Source: Eledone cirrhosa
Lineage: Eukaryota
Assembly: GCA_964016885.1 (NCBI GenBank)
Contig: OZ024743.1
Span: forward strand, 318,494,001-318,558,000
Length of the DNA: 64,000 nt
Reading direction: 5' to 3'
Positions 1 through 15,102 of this stretch are shown piece by piece. Under the pieces are notes generated by a model. That model did no database searches and had not been told where the DNA came from. It was given only the letters and a program-made list of their open reading frames with translations. Position 1 is the first letter of the stretch. Each line of letters opens with the position of its first letter. The position numbers were made by a program, and so were the translations under genes.

Positions 1-170
1 CGCCCATGTTTTTCATGGTCTACTTCTACTGCATCTTCCTTCTACTGGGATTTCTTGGCACTTCTTTACCCAGCGGTCATTCTCCATGCGCATCACATGT
101 CCATACTCAGCCTTCTCTCCTGCACACCACAACTTATCCCTCTTATACCCAGTTTCTTTCTCAACTCGTC
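1..170 (-). mobile_element. RTE-type LINE, C-terminal RT fragment
   Basis: Minus strand encodes YGHVMRMENDRWVKKCQEIPVEGRCSRSRP, matching the WYGHVMRM...GRP tail of the other RTE copies; ends in a TA tract. Confidence 0.8.
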
Positions 171-211
171 TTATATATATACATATATATATATATACAT
201 ATATGCATACA

Positions 212-248
<37 letters not shown>

Positions 249-353
249 ATTTACATATACACAAACTAGACAAAGTCACAGATATATATGTGCTTTGGCA
301 ACCATTCACGATGTGGCTCAATGAAGAATTAATAAATTAAATAATCAGAGCAA

Positions 354-669
354 TATACTATAAAGTATGTCCATAGAATCATTTGATAATATATAAGCAT
401 TTCTTCTAACTTTAATTTTATACCTAATTGTATATGGTTGACGGTATATTTAATCGATTTCCACGTGCTGTTGAAATGTTGGGTAAACATTCTATGGCGG
501 TTGGCTGCGAAGAGATTGCTGTCGTTTATTTATCTAGTTTCTTCATAGGTGCCTTTTAATCTTATAGCCTGGTCTAATTGATTTTTTTGTGTGGTTGATC
601 ATGCTAATTGGGAGAGGAAATGGTGTATATATATTATCAAATGATTCTATGCACATACTTTATAGTATA
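354..669. repeat. ~42-bp inverted repeats around a short insertion between TA tracts (PLE-type fold-back end likely)
   Basis: tatactataaagtatgtccatagaatcatttgataatatata (354-395) is the near-perfect reverse complement of 627-669. Confidence 0.7.
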
Positions 670-698
670 TATATATATACATATAAATATAACTTTGA

Positions 699-1430
699 TA
701 GGTTTTGGCCAGTATTGGCCCAGGTCATGTCTAGCACCACCTGGCAAAGTCTTACAAATCAGGGTTATTGTTTACGGAGGCATATCCGTGTGTAGGAGGC
801 TTATCCGGGATATCTTGAAGGAATTTTTCCAAAGACTTCTTGAACTTGATGTGGTCTATTTCTGTTTTGATGTGTTTTGGTGTAATGTTAAAGAGAGCAG
901 GGCCAATTGAGGTGAAATAATTGTGCCGTATTGTTGTTATGAGATGTGAGTGAGATTTATGTCGTGGGTGGATAGCATGGGGCCCAAGCCTTGGGTGTAC
1001 GTTAAAGGTGATGCCAACATCATTTGGGCAAAGCTGATGAAATATTTTCCACATCATGCAGATAATGTAGCGTTCACAGCGACGTTGGAGAGAATAAAGT
1101 TTGAGCTTTTCTAATCGACTCCAATAGTCAAGGCCTGTCATGCCATCTATCTTTTTTGTAATCGATCTTTGGGATGCTTCAACTTTCATGATACTTTGTT
1201 TCGTGTGGGGTGACCACAGTGGACAACAGTATTCAAGGTAGGGTTGGGCAAAAGTGGAGAAGAGAAGGATAACAGTGTGGCTATCTCTTGACTGGAAGGT
1301 TCTGAGAATCCAGGAACACATTCTGCAGGCCATATCAACTTTGCTGTTTATATGAGTGGCCCAGCTTATGTTGATGTCCACAATTACTCCCAGGTCTCTG
1401 GTGTTATTGGATGCCACTAGAGTTTCACCC
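699..1430 (-). mobile_element. CR1/L2-group LINE, 3' fragment (RT C-terminus plus short 3' UTR)
   Basis: ORF 752..1474: RDLGVIVD...SWATHIN...PYLEYCCPLWSPH...YWSRLEKLKLYSLQRR, typical of CR1/L2/Jockey-group RT tails. Confidence 0.85.
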
Positions 1431-1598
1431 GAAAGAAGGTTTTTCTCACATGAAAAAAACCACAGACCCTCCATCTCAACTCTACTTTTGAAAAGCAGAA
1501 GAACTGCGAAACCGGTAAAGGAACCAAATAGATATATATATTTATTTAAAAAAAAAATAAGACTCCAGTTGCATTTTCGATTTCATCTTTTTTTCTTT
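1428..1598 (+). mobile_element. Family C short pLTR-like repeat with variant hammerhead
   Basis: Same sequence recurs at 16525-16635 (-) and in both arms of 40479-40790; ends in a TA tract. Confidence 0.75.
1485..1520 (+). ncRNA. Type I hammerhead ribozyme, U3-A8 core variant (family C)
   Basis: ctt-TTGAAAA-GCAG aagaa CTGC-GAAA-CCGG-TA-aag; palindromic stem III ACCGGT. Confidence 0.65.
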
Positions 1599-1618
1599 AT
1601 ATATATATATATATATAT

Positions 1619-1686
<68 letters not shown>

Positions 1687-1708
1687 ATATATATATATAT
1701 ATATATAC

Positions 1709-1748
<40 letters not shown>

Positions 1749-1836
1749 TGCAATATATATATATATATAATATATATAGTATATATATATATATACAATA
1801 TATATATATATAAATACAATAGATATATATATATAT

Positions 1837-1912
<76 letters not shown>

Positions 1913-1934
1913 ATATATATATACAATATAAATG

Positions 1935-2180
1935 GTGGCTGCCAACTTGTTTTCGAGTACGGCCACTACTTTATATCCGTGTAGGAGAACCCCTACCGTT
2001 GCGCTGAATGAGTGTGACTTTTTAGTCCAGCCAGCGACTTGAAAACTCTGGTACAGACACTACACTTGTGACAATTATTGACACATAGTGCTGGGTACCA
2101 TGTGACGACAAGTGCAGAGAAATCTCCAGATATAAAGCAATGCCTGTGCCGTGAAACTTTTATAGTGAGCAAAGGCACTG
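1935..2180 (-). mobile_element. LINE 3' remnant with terminal C2H2-like finger (RTE/BovB-like)
   Basis: [22 protein letters not shown] then stop, resembling the C-terminal zinc finger of some RTE ORFs. Confidence 0.55.
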
Positions 2181-2335
2181 CACAAAGCCAGTCCCACTCT
2201 CTTAACCAAGATGATATTTACCAAAAAGAAGAACAAGTCAACATCATTGGATACCATCAGGGTTGCAGGTGTTATATCAGAGTTTTCCTTCTCCTAGAAT
2301 TCTGCCTTGACAAAGGCTAAGGGGTCATTTCTCCC

Positions 2336-2388
<53 letters not shown>

Positions 2389-2435
2389 TATATACAATAT
2401 ATATTTACAATATATATATATATACAATATAATAT

Positions 2436-2612
2436 ATAAGATCAAAAGATCGTTAAAAGAGTTCCATGTATTTTATTATGCGCATTTCAAAAACAAATAT
2501 CATCATGCGATAACATTTGCGTTTTCATCAGATAAAATAGGGAGACATGATTTGAAGGTTAAAAAACACTTGTGAATAGTGCAGTTTTAAATCAACATAT
2601 CATGTTGATGGC
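2436..2612 (-). mobile_element. Family A PLE pLTR with hammerhead (~2471-2537)
   Basis: Homologous to 35552-35715 and 6840-6995; ends in the micro-hairpin atcaacat-atc-atgttgat. Confidence 0.85.
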
Positions 2613-2624
2613 ATAACAGGCCTT

Positions 2625-3785
2625 GACTATTACTACGCTGCTGCTGACTTGTACTGCTGGTCCCTCTATAGGGTCTACTTGGGGTAGGGTCTCTTCTTCC
2701 CATGCATTCTCCTCATTTAGTAATCTATCATAATGACTCTTCCATGCATCTTTCTTCTCAGCACTTGTGAGGGCAAGCTCACCTTTATCATTCCGGATAC
2801 ACTTCTCTCCAATGACATCACAACTATCTCTGACACACTGCCTCGCAATCTTGAATACCTCCTGTTTCTGGTCCCCACGTTGTAAAACATGCTTGAATTT
2901 TCTATCCTCTGCTTCCCTCCTAGCTAAGTATACTTGTCGCCTAGCTTCCCTCTTGGTCTCTATGTAATGTACCCTGCTCCCCCCGTTCTTCCATTCTTTC
3001 CATGCCTGTCTCTTGGCCTTAACTGCTTCATCTACCTTATTGTTCCACCACCAAGTCACTCTCCTCCTGCTTGAGATCTTACTCCAGCCACAGACCTCAT
3101 CCGTCGCCTCTAGTAAATTATTTTTTAGGAACTCCCAGTTCTCTTCTACGTTAAATGTCTCTATCTGTTCTTCTTTACTGTCGTAGGCGTTGAGTAAAAT
3201 ATCTTTAAATCTGTTACTGGTTAAATCTGTTACTGTTTAGCTTCCAGATCTTTCTTCTCCAGGTTGGCCTCTGTTTCCGGGTTCGTCTAGTTCTGACCGT
3301 GAGGTCGCTGACAACTAAGCTATGTTGGGATGTACATTCCTCACTAGGGAAGGCTTTTGTGTTTACGACCGTCCATCTGTCATGTCCTCTGATGAGGATA
3401 AAATCTAACTGACTAGAGTGCTCCCCTGATCTATAGGTGATCAGGTGGTTGTCGGGTTTTTTAAAGTTTGTGTTACATATCGACATGTCATTGGCGTCGC
3501 AGAATTCTTGAAGTCTGAATCCTTCCTCATTCCTTGTGCCAACTCCATGGCCTCCATGTACTCTATTGAAGCCGTCGCAGTGTTTACCTACGTGTCCGTT
3601 AAAATCTCCTGCGATGATTAGGAAGTCCTTGTCGTCTGTTAGAGCAGTAGTGTGTATTAGGGACTCGTAAAACCTATCCTTAAGTTCGTCTGGCAGCCCC
3701 GATTGGGGTGCGTAGCTGATATTATTGTGGTAATTGTTTTATTCAGGACTAGTCTGATTTTAATGATTCTTGCATTTACCCTGTA
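2625..3785 (-). mobile_element. RTE LINE family 2, APE and linker fragment (degenerate)
   Basis: RIIKIRLVL, NTNFKKPDNHLITYRSG...SQLDFIL, TWWWNNKVDEAVKAKR; near-identical to 46940-47205. Confidence 0.9.
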
Positions 3786-3811
3786 CATATATATATATAT
3801 ATATATATATG

Positions 3812-4907
3812 TCAACTCTGGATGTCGGTGAGCATGTCCAGCTAACCTCAGTCTCCTCTGTGTCACTTTTGAGGTGACTTTTGGGATGCTCCCATACAGC
3901 TCTGAGTTTTTCATCCTCAGTGTATACTGATTAATGTTCAGAGCCATCCTCAGCATTCTCGTGTAGCACCCATCCACCATCTGAGTGAGTTTCTTGGTCA
4001 GTGTCCAAGTCTCAGACCCAAACAGCAGCACAGACTCCACTACAGCAATGAAGAGGCGGATTTTCAGGTCTCTACGAAGGTCCGACTTCCACACCGATCT
4101 CAAGCTGTGGCACGCCGCCCAGGCCTTGCTCTTCCTCTCAACCACATCACCTTCCGTATTCCCAATATTTGCTCCCAAATACAGGAAGCCCTCAACCAAT
4201 TCTAGCTGCTTCCCGCCTACATTAGTGATCCCCTCTGGCTTCTCAACATTCTCTACCAGATATTTTGTTTTAGTCTCATTCATTCTCAGCCCCACACTCA
4301 TCGACACAGTCTCAACCCCCCGCATCAAATCCTCTGCCTCCTTCACTGTATTTATCACCAAAACTATGTCGTCGGCAAATTCAGCATCCGATACCTTTTT
4401 CGCCCTAACTCTCCTGCTCTGAGCCGGTGCTACAGTAAAGCCAGAGACCTGGTGTTTCTCCAGTGCAAGGCACATACAATAGTCCACTACGATGATAAAA
4501 AGGTAGGGAGCCAATGTATCTCCCTGGAGGACTCCACCCAGTATCTCAAAGAACTCTGTCATCCCATCAGGTGTAATGACTTAGGCTTTGGTGTTGGTGT
4601 AGAGCAGTGATATCAGGTCCACTATCTTCTTGGGGATTCCATAAGCCTGTAAGATCTTCATCAGGCAGTAACGGTCCACAGAATCAAAGGCCTTCCTAAG
4701 GTCAATGAAAACCATGACCGCAGGAAGGCACTTTGCTCTAGCTCACTCTACATAGACACACTAGAAGTGGAAGACCAAGGTTAACGTATGTTGATGCCCT
4801 AAGGACAGACACTAGTCTGTTGGAGACGCAGGACATGGCAGCGGTGATGAGGGACAGAGACCGCTGGAGAGAACTCATCCATGGATCTCGGGAATTTTAC
4901 CCGCCCT

Positions 4908-4908
<1 letters not shown>
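3812..4908. mobile_element. RTE-group LINE (separate family) with inverted 5' part
   Basis: Minus 3812-4745 encodes GVLQGDTLAPYLF...FADDIVL...LAGHAHRHPEL; plus 4746-4908 encodes the C-terminus SGRPRLTYVDALRTD...MRDRDRWRELI. Confidence 0.85.
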
Positions 4909-4973
<65 letters not shown>

Positions 4974-5048
4974 TATATATATATATATACAATATATATA
5001 TACAATATATATATATATACAATATATATATACAATATATATATATAT

Positions 5049-5086
<38 letters not shown>

Positions 5087-5245
5087 ATATATATATATAT
5101 ATACATTATATATATATATATACATTATATATATATACATTATATATATATATATACAATATATATATATATACTATATATATACTATATATATATATAT
5201 ATATACTATATATATATATACAATATATATATATATATATATATA

Positions 5246-5291
<46 letters not shown>

Positions 5292-5295
5292 TATA

Positions 5296-6400
5296 TATGC
5301 AAAGTATGGGTGCATAAAAGATGTAGTGGGATCACAGGTAAGCTAACTAAGAACATAGATTTTACATGTGGCCGGTGTTCTGGTGCAATAAGTAGCAGCA
5401 AGTGCCCACAAAATACTAGCTCTTTCAATTGCGCAGAGGGTTCTATAGAAATAGTGGACAGCTTCCGTTACCTGGGCGATAAAATCAGCAGTGGGGGAGG
5501 GTGCTCTGAAAGTACTGTAGCTAGAGTCAGAACTGGTTGGAAAAAGTTCAGAGAGCTTATACCACTATTAGCTGCTAAAGGGTTCTCCCTAAAAATGAAA
5601 GGCAGGTTGTACGATGCCTGCATACGAACAGCAATGTTGCATGGTAGTGAGACCTGGGCATTGTGTGCAGAGGATATACGCAGACTAGAGAGGAATGAAG
5701 CTTGCATGCTCCGCTGGATGTGTAACAGTAATATACGTGAACGGCAAAGCATAAACGAACTAAGGAAAAAATTAGAGATAAGAGGGATCAGATGTTGTTT
5801 ACTCGAGAGAAGGCTGCGTTGGTATGGACACGTGATGCGCATGAAAGTCGATAGCTGTATGACAAAGTGCAGGGCAATAAAGATAGACGGTAGCCACGGA
5901 ATAGGCAGACCTAGAAAAACATGGGATGAGCTGATAAACTCCGACCTCACACACTTACACCTCTCCAAGACAATGTCACTGGACCGAGACCTTTGGCGGT
6001 ACTCAGTAACAGAGAAGACCCGCCTTGCCAGTAGGCATCTCTAACAAAATACACCTCGTCCCGCCACCACCCCCACCCCATCCTCACCACCCCGTTCTAT
6101 GTAAAGTTATGTTGGTGCCGCACCATCCAGGCCGAAACAAATGAGATCGTGTAGGTGTCACGACAAAAAAACACACAGTCCACGCTGTAATGTGGCCGTG
6201 TAGACAACACGGTAAAAACCTCCCAGACCCACACTGTAAATGTGGTTGGTGTTAGGAAGGGCATCCAACTGTAGAAAACCTGCCAGACAGTCCTATGCGA
6301 GCAAGACAATCACTCTTGCCTCAAGTGGGACTACCCCCGTCCAAACCCATGCAAGCGTGGAACACGGACGTTAAACGTTGATGATGATGATGATGATGAT
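5296..6400 (+). mobile_element. RTE LINE family 1, 5'-truncated, with 3' UTR and (GAT)n tail
   Basis: ORF 5310..6044 FRYLGD...MLHGSETW...LRWYGHVMRM; tail gatgatgat at ~6380-6400; TA tracts on both sides. Confidence 0.92.
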
Positions 6401-6746
6401 ATATATATAAAATATATATATATATATACAATATATATATATATATATATAAACAATATATATATATACAATATATATATATACAATATATATAGTATAT
6501 ATATATATATATATATACAATATATATAGTATATATATATATATATATATAGTATATATATATATATACAATATATATATATAGTATATATATATATATA
6601 TATATACAATATATATATATAGTATATATATATATATAAATATACGATATATATATATAGTATATATATATATATATATATATATACAATATATATAGTA
6701 TATATATATATATACAATATATATAGTATATATATATATGTATATA

Positions 6747-7178
6747 TATGTAGGAGGTGAGTTTTATTGTAGTACAATAAAGCAATGTAGATATCGGATA
6801 AGAAGCACTCTACAGTTTGTAGGACTGGAGTATGCATAATATAAGATCAAAAGATGGTTAAAGGAGTTCCATGTATTTTATTATGCGCATTTCAAAAACA
6901 AACATCATCATGCAATAATATTTGTGTTTTCATCAGATAAAACAGGAGAACATGATATGAAGGCTAAAAAACACTTGTGGATAGTGCAGTTTTAAAACTG
7001 TTGATCTGTTAAAAGTGTTGATTTAAAACTGCACTATCCACAAGTGTTTTTTAGCCTTCATATCATGTTCTCCTGTTTTATCTGATGAAAACACAAATAT
7101 TATTGCATGATGATGTTTGTTTTTGAAATGCGCATAATAAAATACATGGAACTCCTTTAACCATCTTTTGATCTTATA

Positions 7179-7185
<7 letters not shown>
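6747..7185. mobile_element. Family A pLTR fold-back palindrome
   Basis: ~6836-6995 is the reverse complement of ~7022-7182; short spacer near 7000-7015. Confidence 0.9.
7076..7142 (+). ncRNA. Type I hammerhead ribozyme (family A)
   Basis: ttttat-CTGATGA-long stem II (caaatattatt/gatgatgtttg)-GAAA-TGCGCA-TA-ataaaa; palindromic stem III ATGCGCAT. Copies at ~2471(-), 6876(-), 17573(+, damaged), 18837(-), 19039(+), 35587(-), 47632(+). Confidence 0.85.
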
Positions 7186-8604
<1,419 letters not shown>

Positions 8605-9449
8605 TCAGCACAAACAGACACACAGCGCTCCCACTGCTTGACCACTTCCTGTTGCGCGCGCACCCCACATCTCTTCTCTTCCGACCATCGCTTCATGGAA
8701 TACCCACACGCAGAAATTGACCAACACAGAATCCACTAAAGATCTTGGGAATTTACCTACTTTTCAACCATCTTCTTACGTAATCACCTATATAACTCAC
8801 CCACACACACACCCCAAAAAAATTTTTTCTCCACACGCCACCTACACCCACAACACGCTTAAACCCCACACACACGTGCTTTCCACCACATATTTACACC
8901 CTCAGCCTCCTGATTCCTCTTCCCCCACCCCTCTATCTACACACGCACAGAAACTCCGACCCACACACACCTCTTCCTGAACATGCAACCCCGTTCTTCC
9001 CCCAACCCTTACTTTCACATACACACACACACACACACACCACCTTCAGCCCTCACCGCTCGGACACCCCGTCTCCCTCTCCCCACTCCACCCGCCACCA
9101 CCCTACACACCCCACACCCTTCCACCACCTGTTTTACCCCCCTTTTAATTTCAGTTTATTTTGATCATGCTTTTATATTTAAATTTATTTCATTCCTTGT
9201 ATTTTGATCATGCTTTATTTTTATTTTTATCTTTATTTTTTATTTTTTCATTTGCACCGTTTCCTTTCGCTATATGTCTCTCCACCACTCCCCTACACAC
9301 CCTTTGAACTCTGTTCCCACACACTTCTCACCTGAGGAAGGGCTTATGCCCGAAACGTCGTCCCCCACCAACACCCCACTCTCCAGAGCGTGAAATTAAT
9401 AAACATTCGTTGTACTGCCTCTCTGTTTTGTCCCTGTTCAAATTTTTCC

Positions 9450-9452
<3 letters not shown>
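8605..9452 (+). mobile_element. PLE 3' end (C-rich UTR plus pLTR) with minimal hammerhead at ~9330-9362
   Basis: CTGAGGA-A-GGGC ttat GCCC-GAAA-CG-TC, the usual Penelope minimal HHR form; the terminal ~85 nt recur at 35303-35387. Confidence 0.75.
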
Positions 9453-9494
<42 letters not shown>

Positions 9495-9515
9495 TATATA
9501 TATATATATATATAG

Positions 9516-9558
<43 letters not shown>

Positions 9559-9635
9559 TTATCTTAATAGCCATTTGACACACATCGCTGCTGGCCATTG
9601 TCGCAGCATCAAACACCTTACTACTACTACTACTA

Positions 9636-9689
<54 letters not shown>

Positions 9690-9741
9690 TTGTTGTGAAA
9701 GAGTCATTTCTCAATCTTGACGCAAAACCAATTTTTTTATC

Positions 9742-9950
9742 CACATGACCTCTACCGACCAATCAAAATTGTTTTGACCAAGAATTTTTGCTGGAGCCAC
9801 TTTTTTAACATTTTAACATAAAAACAGTCTTGGCGCAAAATCAACTTTTTACATTCACATGACCTCTACCGACCAATCAAAATTGTTTTGACCACAAGCA
9901 TTTTTGCAACACAAAAATAACGCTGGAGCTACTTTTTTAACATAAAAACA
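9742..9950. repeat. Diverged direct repeat (~115-bp period) containing CCAAT
   Basis: cacatgacctctaccgaccaatcaaaattgttttgacca at ~9742 and ~9856, each followed by gctggagc.acttttttaaca. Confidence 0.7.
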
Positions 9951-10181
9951 GGTAGAATTCCCAAAACTAATCAGATCAGAGCAAACAGCACGGACACTCT
10001 ATGTCAAAATTATTTTTGAAAAGCATTTAGAAATGCGCAACCGGTAAAAACTTAAAAACTTAAAACCACAACTGAATACTAACCCATACAATCACTAATA
10101 CTCTTTTATTCCTAATTAAACCATTTTTCAACTGTGAACAATTTGTCAGCATTTTCTATTCCGTTTACCAATATATATATA

Positions 10182-10252
<71 letters not shown>

Positions 10253-10320
10253 TATATATATATATAGTATATATATACACATATATATATATATATATAT
10301 ATATAGTATATATATATACA

Positions 10321-10384
<64 letters not shown>

Positions 10385-10476
10385 TATATATATATAGTAT
10401 ATATATATATATATATATATAGTATATATATATATAGTATATATATATATATATATATATAGTATATATATATATA

Positions 10477-10526
<50 letters not shown>

Positions 10527-10677
10527 TATATATATAGTATATATATATATGTATATATATAGTATATATATATATATATAGTATATATATATATGTATAT
10601 ATATAGTATATATATATATAGTATATATATATATAGTATATATATATATATATATATAGTATATATATATATATATA

Positions 10678-10729
<52 letters not shown>

Positions 10730-10751
10730 TATATATATATATATATATATA

Positions 10752-10789
<38 letters not shown>

Positions 10790-10892
10790 TATATATATAT
10801 ACATATATATAGTATATATATATATATAGTATATATATATATAGTATATATATATATAGTATATATATATATATAGTATATATATATATATA

Positions 10893-10927
<35 letters not shown>

Positions 10928-10930
<3 letters not shown>

Positions 10931-11530
10931 CGTTTCTGAATTTGTTTAGCAAGATTCTTTATCTGAAATCGTGTGTTGAAACCGATATTGTTATACTTTA
11001 AATATGAGTGGAACAGCAACATCACAACTTACAATTAAGGACAAAATGAAAACACACACACACATATATAAACAACTTACAATTGAAAACACACACAAAA
11101 TGAAAACACACACAAGACAAAATGAAAACACACACACACATAGAACAAACAACCAACCAACAATAAATAAATAAATAAACAAACAAATATAAATAGAAAA
11201 ATAAAAAAATGAACACAAACACACACAGACACCCGGATGTGGCGCATGCGCAAACTGAGCACGCAACCCACACACAAACAAAATGGCGTAGGATAGAAGA
11301 AAGGAAAGGCACAGAAACGAAGAAAGAAATCCCCAGTCACTGAAGAGGTCACAGAGTGTGTGACGAAAGAACTATGACTATATATATATAAACAACTATC
11401 TGGTTGTGGAACCAACCAACCAACCAGAAATTTATAAATTTGTAAATTTATAAATATATATTAAATTAAATTGAAGTGAAAGCAACTGGTGCGTGTGTTT
11501 CTTATTGGCAACATGACCCTCCCAAAGTAT

Positions 11531-11536
<6 letters not shown>
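10928..11536 (+). mobile_element. Family B pLTR-type insertion with inverted terminal piece
   Basis: attgttatacttt (~10987) and aaagtataacaat (~11524) are inverted; ends homologous to 17991-18250 and 28100-28190. Confidence 0.75.
11335..11379 (+). ncRNA. Type I minimal hammerhead (family B)
   Basis: agtca-CTGAAGA-G-GTCACA gagtg TGTGAC-GAAA-gaac-TA-tgact. Confidence 0.8.
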
Positions 11537-11615
<79 letters not shown>

Positions 11616-11617
<2 letters not shown>

Positions 11618-11785
11618 CGAAGGAAATGTGGTAAGGAACCAGGTGGACCATAACGCACCAAAGTACTCAATACTTAGGGTAGTAGAGTAAGACCCCGACG
11701 GCTGAGTTCAAGCCGTTTCGACGGCTAATTCTGTGAAATTAGCCGTCGAAACGGCTTGAGCTCAGCCGTCGGGGTCTTACTTGTT

Positions 11786-11789
<4 letters not shown>
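11616..11789. mobile_element. Family D fold-back pLTR containing the 3' half of a hammerhead
   Basis: Palindrome centred on gacggctaatt-ctgtga-aattagccgtc, then GAAA-CGGCT...AGCCG-TC; copies at 12228-12396 and 26604-26800. Confidence 0.75.
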
Positions 11790-11850
<61 letters not shown>

Positions 11851-12036
11851 TATATATATATATATAGTATATATATATATATATAGTATATATATATATA
11901 GTATATATATATATATATATATATATAGTATACATATATATACATATATATATATAGTATATATATATATATATATAGAATATAGTATATATATAGTATA
12001 TATATATATATAGTATATAGTATATATATATATATA

Positions 12037-12115
<79 letters not shown>

Positions 12116-12227
12116 TATATATATAGTATATAGTATATATATATATATATAGTATATATATATATATATAGTATATATAGTATAAATATATATATATAGT
12201 ATATATATATATATATATAGTATATAT

Positions 12228-12396
12228 AACGAAGGAAATGTGGTAAGGAACCAGGTGGACCATAACGCACCAAAGTACTCAATACTTGAGGTAGTAGAGT
12301 GGGTAATAGGAACCAGTAAGACCCCGACAGCTGAGCTCAAGCCGTTTCGACGCCTAATTCTGGACTAAATTCGACGGCTAATTCTGGACTAAAATG
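12228..12396 (-). mobile_element. Family D pLTR copy with a small junction duplication
   Basis: Matches 26604-26740; ends in two copies of ttcgacg.ctaattctggactaaa. Confidence 0.8.
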
Positions 12397-12550
12397 TATA
12401 GTATATACATATATATATATATATAGTATATATATATATATATATATAGTATATATATATATATATATAGTATATATATATATATATATATATATAGTAT
12501 ATATATATATATATATATATATAGTATATATATATATATATATATATATA

Positions 12551-12782
<232 letters not shown>

Positions 12783-12846
12783 TATATAGTATATATAAAT
12801 AGTATATATATATATATATATATAGTATATATAGTATATATAAATA

Positions 12847-12899
<53 letters not shown>

Positions 12900-13134
12900 G
12901 TATATATAGTATATATATATATACATATATATATAGTATATATATATAGTATATATATATAGTATATATATATATATACATATATATATATAGTATATAT
13001 ATATAGTATATATATATAGTATATATATATATATATATATATATAGTATATATATATATATACTATATATATATACTATATATATATATGTATACATATA
13101 GTATATATATATATAGTGTATATATATATATACT

Positions 13135-14560
13135 ATTATCTAGCTTAAGTTGCCAGAGTACGCCTGATAGTGCCGTTGAAAAAAAAAAAAAAAAAAAAAA
13201 ATCTTCAACGGCACTATCAGGCGTACTCTGGCAACTTAAGCTAGATAACGTTAGATATTCGACGGCTTGGAATATAGTCTCAAGAGGGATTCCTTTTAAT
13301 TCATCCTCTGAGACATGTGACCTCTGCGCAGAGGAGATATTCTTTATACTAAAATCTAAAAATTCCCTTAACCTACGGACAAATTTATTCAGTTGTTGCA
13401 AACATAGATTAAACTCAACGTTTAAATATAAATTTAAATTTAAAATGTAGTATATTTAGTTTGATTTATATTTATATGAGAACTAGCCGATAAATTTTTT
13501 GATTCCTAAATCTTTGATTCCCTCTTTTTACTCTTTTTATTGTTTATTTTATTTTATTTATTTTTATTTTTATTTTTATTTTTATTTTTATTTTTATTTT
13601 TATCTAAACATTCCTCATGGAAAATTAAGCTACCCTAAAAGCCGATGCTCCAAATTTTTTGAATTAACCTTACACTAGATAAACTTCTATATTAAATATA
13701 GGAACATATGTAGACATAATTGGACATCATAATCTTTTTGAGATGTTCTTTGCTAGATGTGATTTGATAGATAATTTTTGGCTTTGTCTTGTAATGAACT
13801 TGGCAATATATTGTCAATTAATTTTGAAGGGCTGTTCTTTGTGGTTTATTTTTATTTTTATTTTTATTTTTATTTTTATTTTTATTTTTATTCTTTTAGT
13901 ATTGTAGTATTCTATAATATTTTTTATTTTTTATTTTTATTTTATTTTTAATATTTTTAATATCTTTAATATGTAAATTTTTAATACGTAATATTTTTTA
14001 ATACGTAGTATTTTTAATATGCAATATTTTTATTATGTAATATTCTTTCGTAATATATTTTTTTAGTTTTCTATTCTATATTTTTACTTATTATTATCAT
14101 TATTGTTATCTTTTTATTTTTAGTTTTGTTTATAATATAATATATATTTTTGATTGGTATATTGAAATCTGCTCTCTATTTCTGCTTGATAGATAATCTT
14201 GTAGAGTAATCGCAAGAATAATAATACGCTCAAATTTTTATACCACATTGAGAATGTTTTCCGGTAACTTAGAGTTTGCAGAGTGAATCAGTTGGATTCA
14301 CATTGATGTTTGTAGCTGTCACATAAACATATGAATTTTTTTAAAACTAAACATAAGATAATGAATTTTCACACATTATGGATACTTGTTTCATTCAGGA
14401 ATACTGATATTTACAATATAGTGTAAGTTTTATAAATACTAATACATTAAAACATAGGGTTTTCTACGCCTCGAATATGTCTGGCTATTTTTAAATTTTT
14501 TTTCTCTCTATATATCTCTCTATATCTCTCTATATATCTCCCTTACATTAATACTTGAGC

Positions 14561-14599
<39 letters not shown>

Positions 14600-15065
14600 A
14601 TGTATCATTGATACACTTACTCAAAATGACCTCCCACTACCTAATTTTCTATATATATATATGTATCTATCTCTATTTCCTCTCTCTCTCTATATATATA
14701 TATCTTTCTGTTTCTTTACATGAAGCTCTTCGCTTTATCTATTTTTCCATCTCTCTATTTTGTTCCATGCATTTCTTCTTTTTCTTTTTCTTCTTTTTCT
14801 TCCTTTTCTTCGTTTTGTCTTTCTTTCTTTTTTCTCCCTTTTTTTTTCTCTCTTTCTTTCTCTCTGTATTTTCACTGCTAGCGTAAACCTCTTCAAATGA
14901 AGTCGATGTTTATTACGGTATGTCGAATATATTTATCTATAAAACTGTTTATATTGTATTTTGTCTGATGAAGGCATAGCATATTGTTAATATGATATCC
15001 CCGAAATATATATAATGAAATAAATATGGTTTTATAAATATAGTTTTCCATTTATTTAATATTGT
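13135..15065 (+). mobile_element. 5'-truncated Hydra-like PLE: EN C-terminus, AT-rich 3' UTR, pLTR with hammerhead (~14957-15020)
   Basis: STALSGVLWQLK...CDLCAEEIFFIL...LNLRTNLFSCCKHR; 45-bp 5' fold-back; CTGATGA-agg...catatt/aatatg...cc-GAAA. Confidence 0.8.
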
Positions 15066-15102
15066 ATATATATATATATAGATATATATATATATATACT
15101 AT

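Noticed and set aside
440-550. Possible minus-strand hammerhead (GAAA-TCGA-TT)
   Set aside because: No convincing CUGANGA box with pairing stems I and II found.
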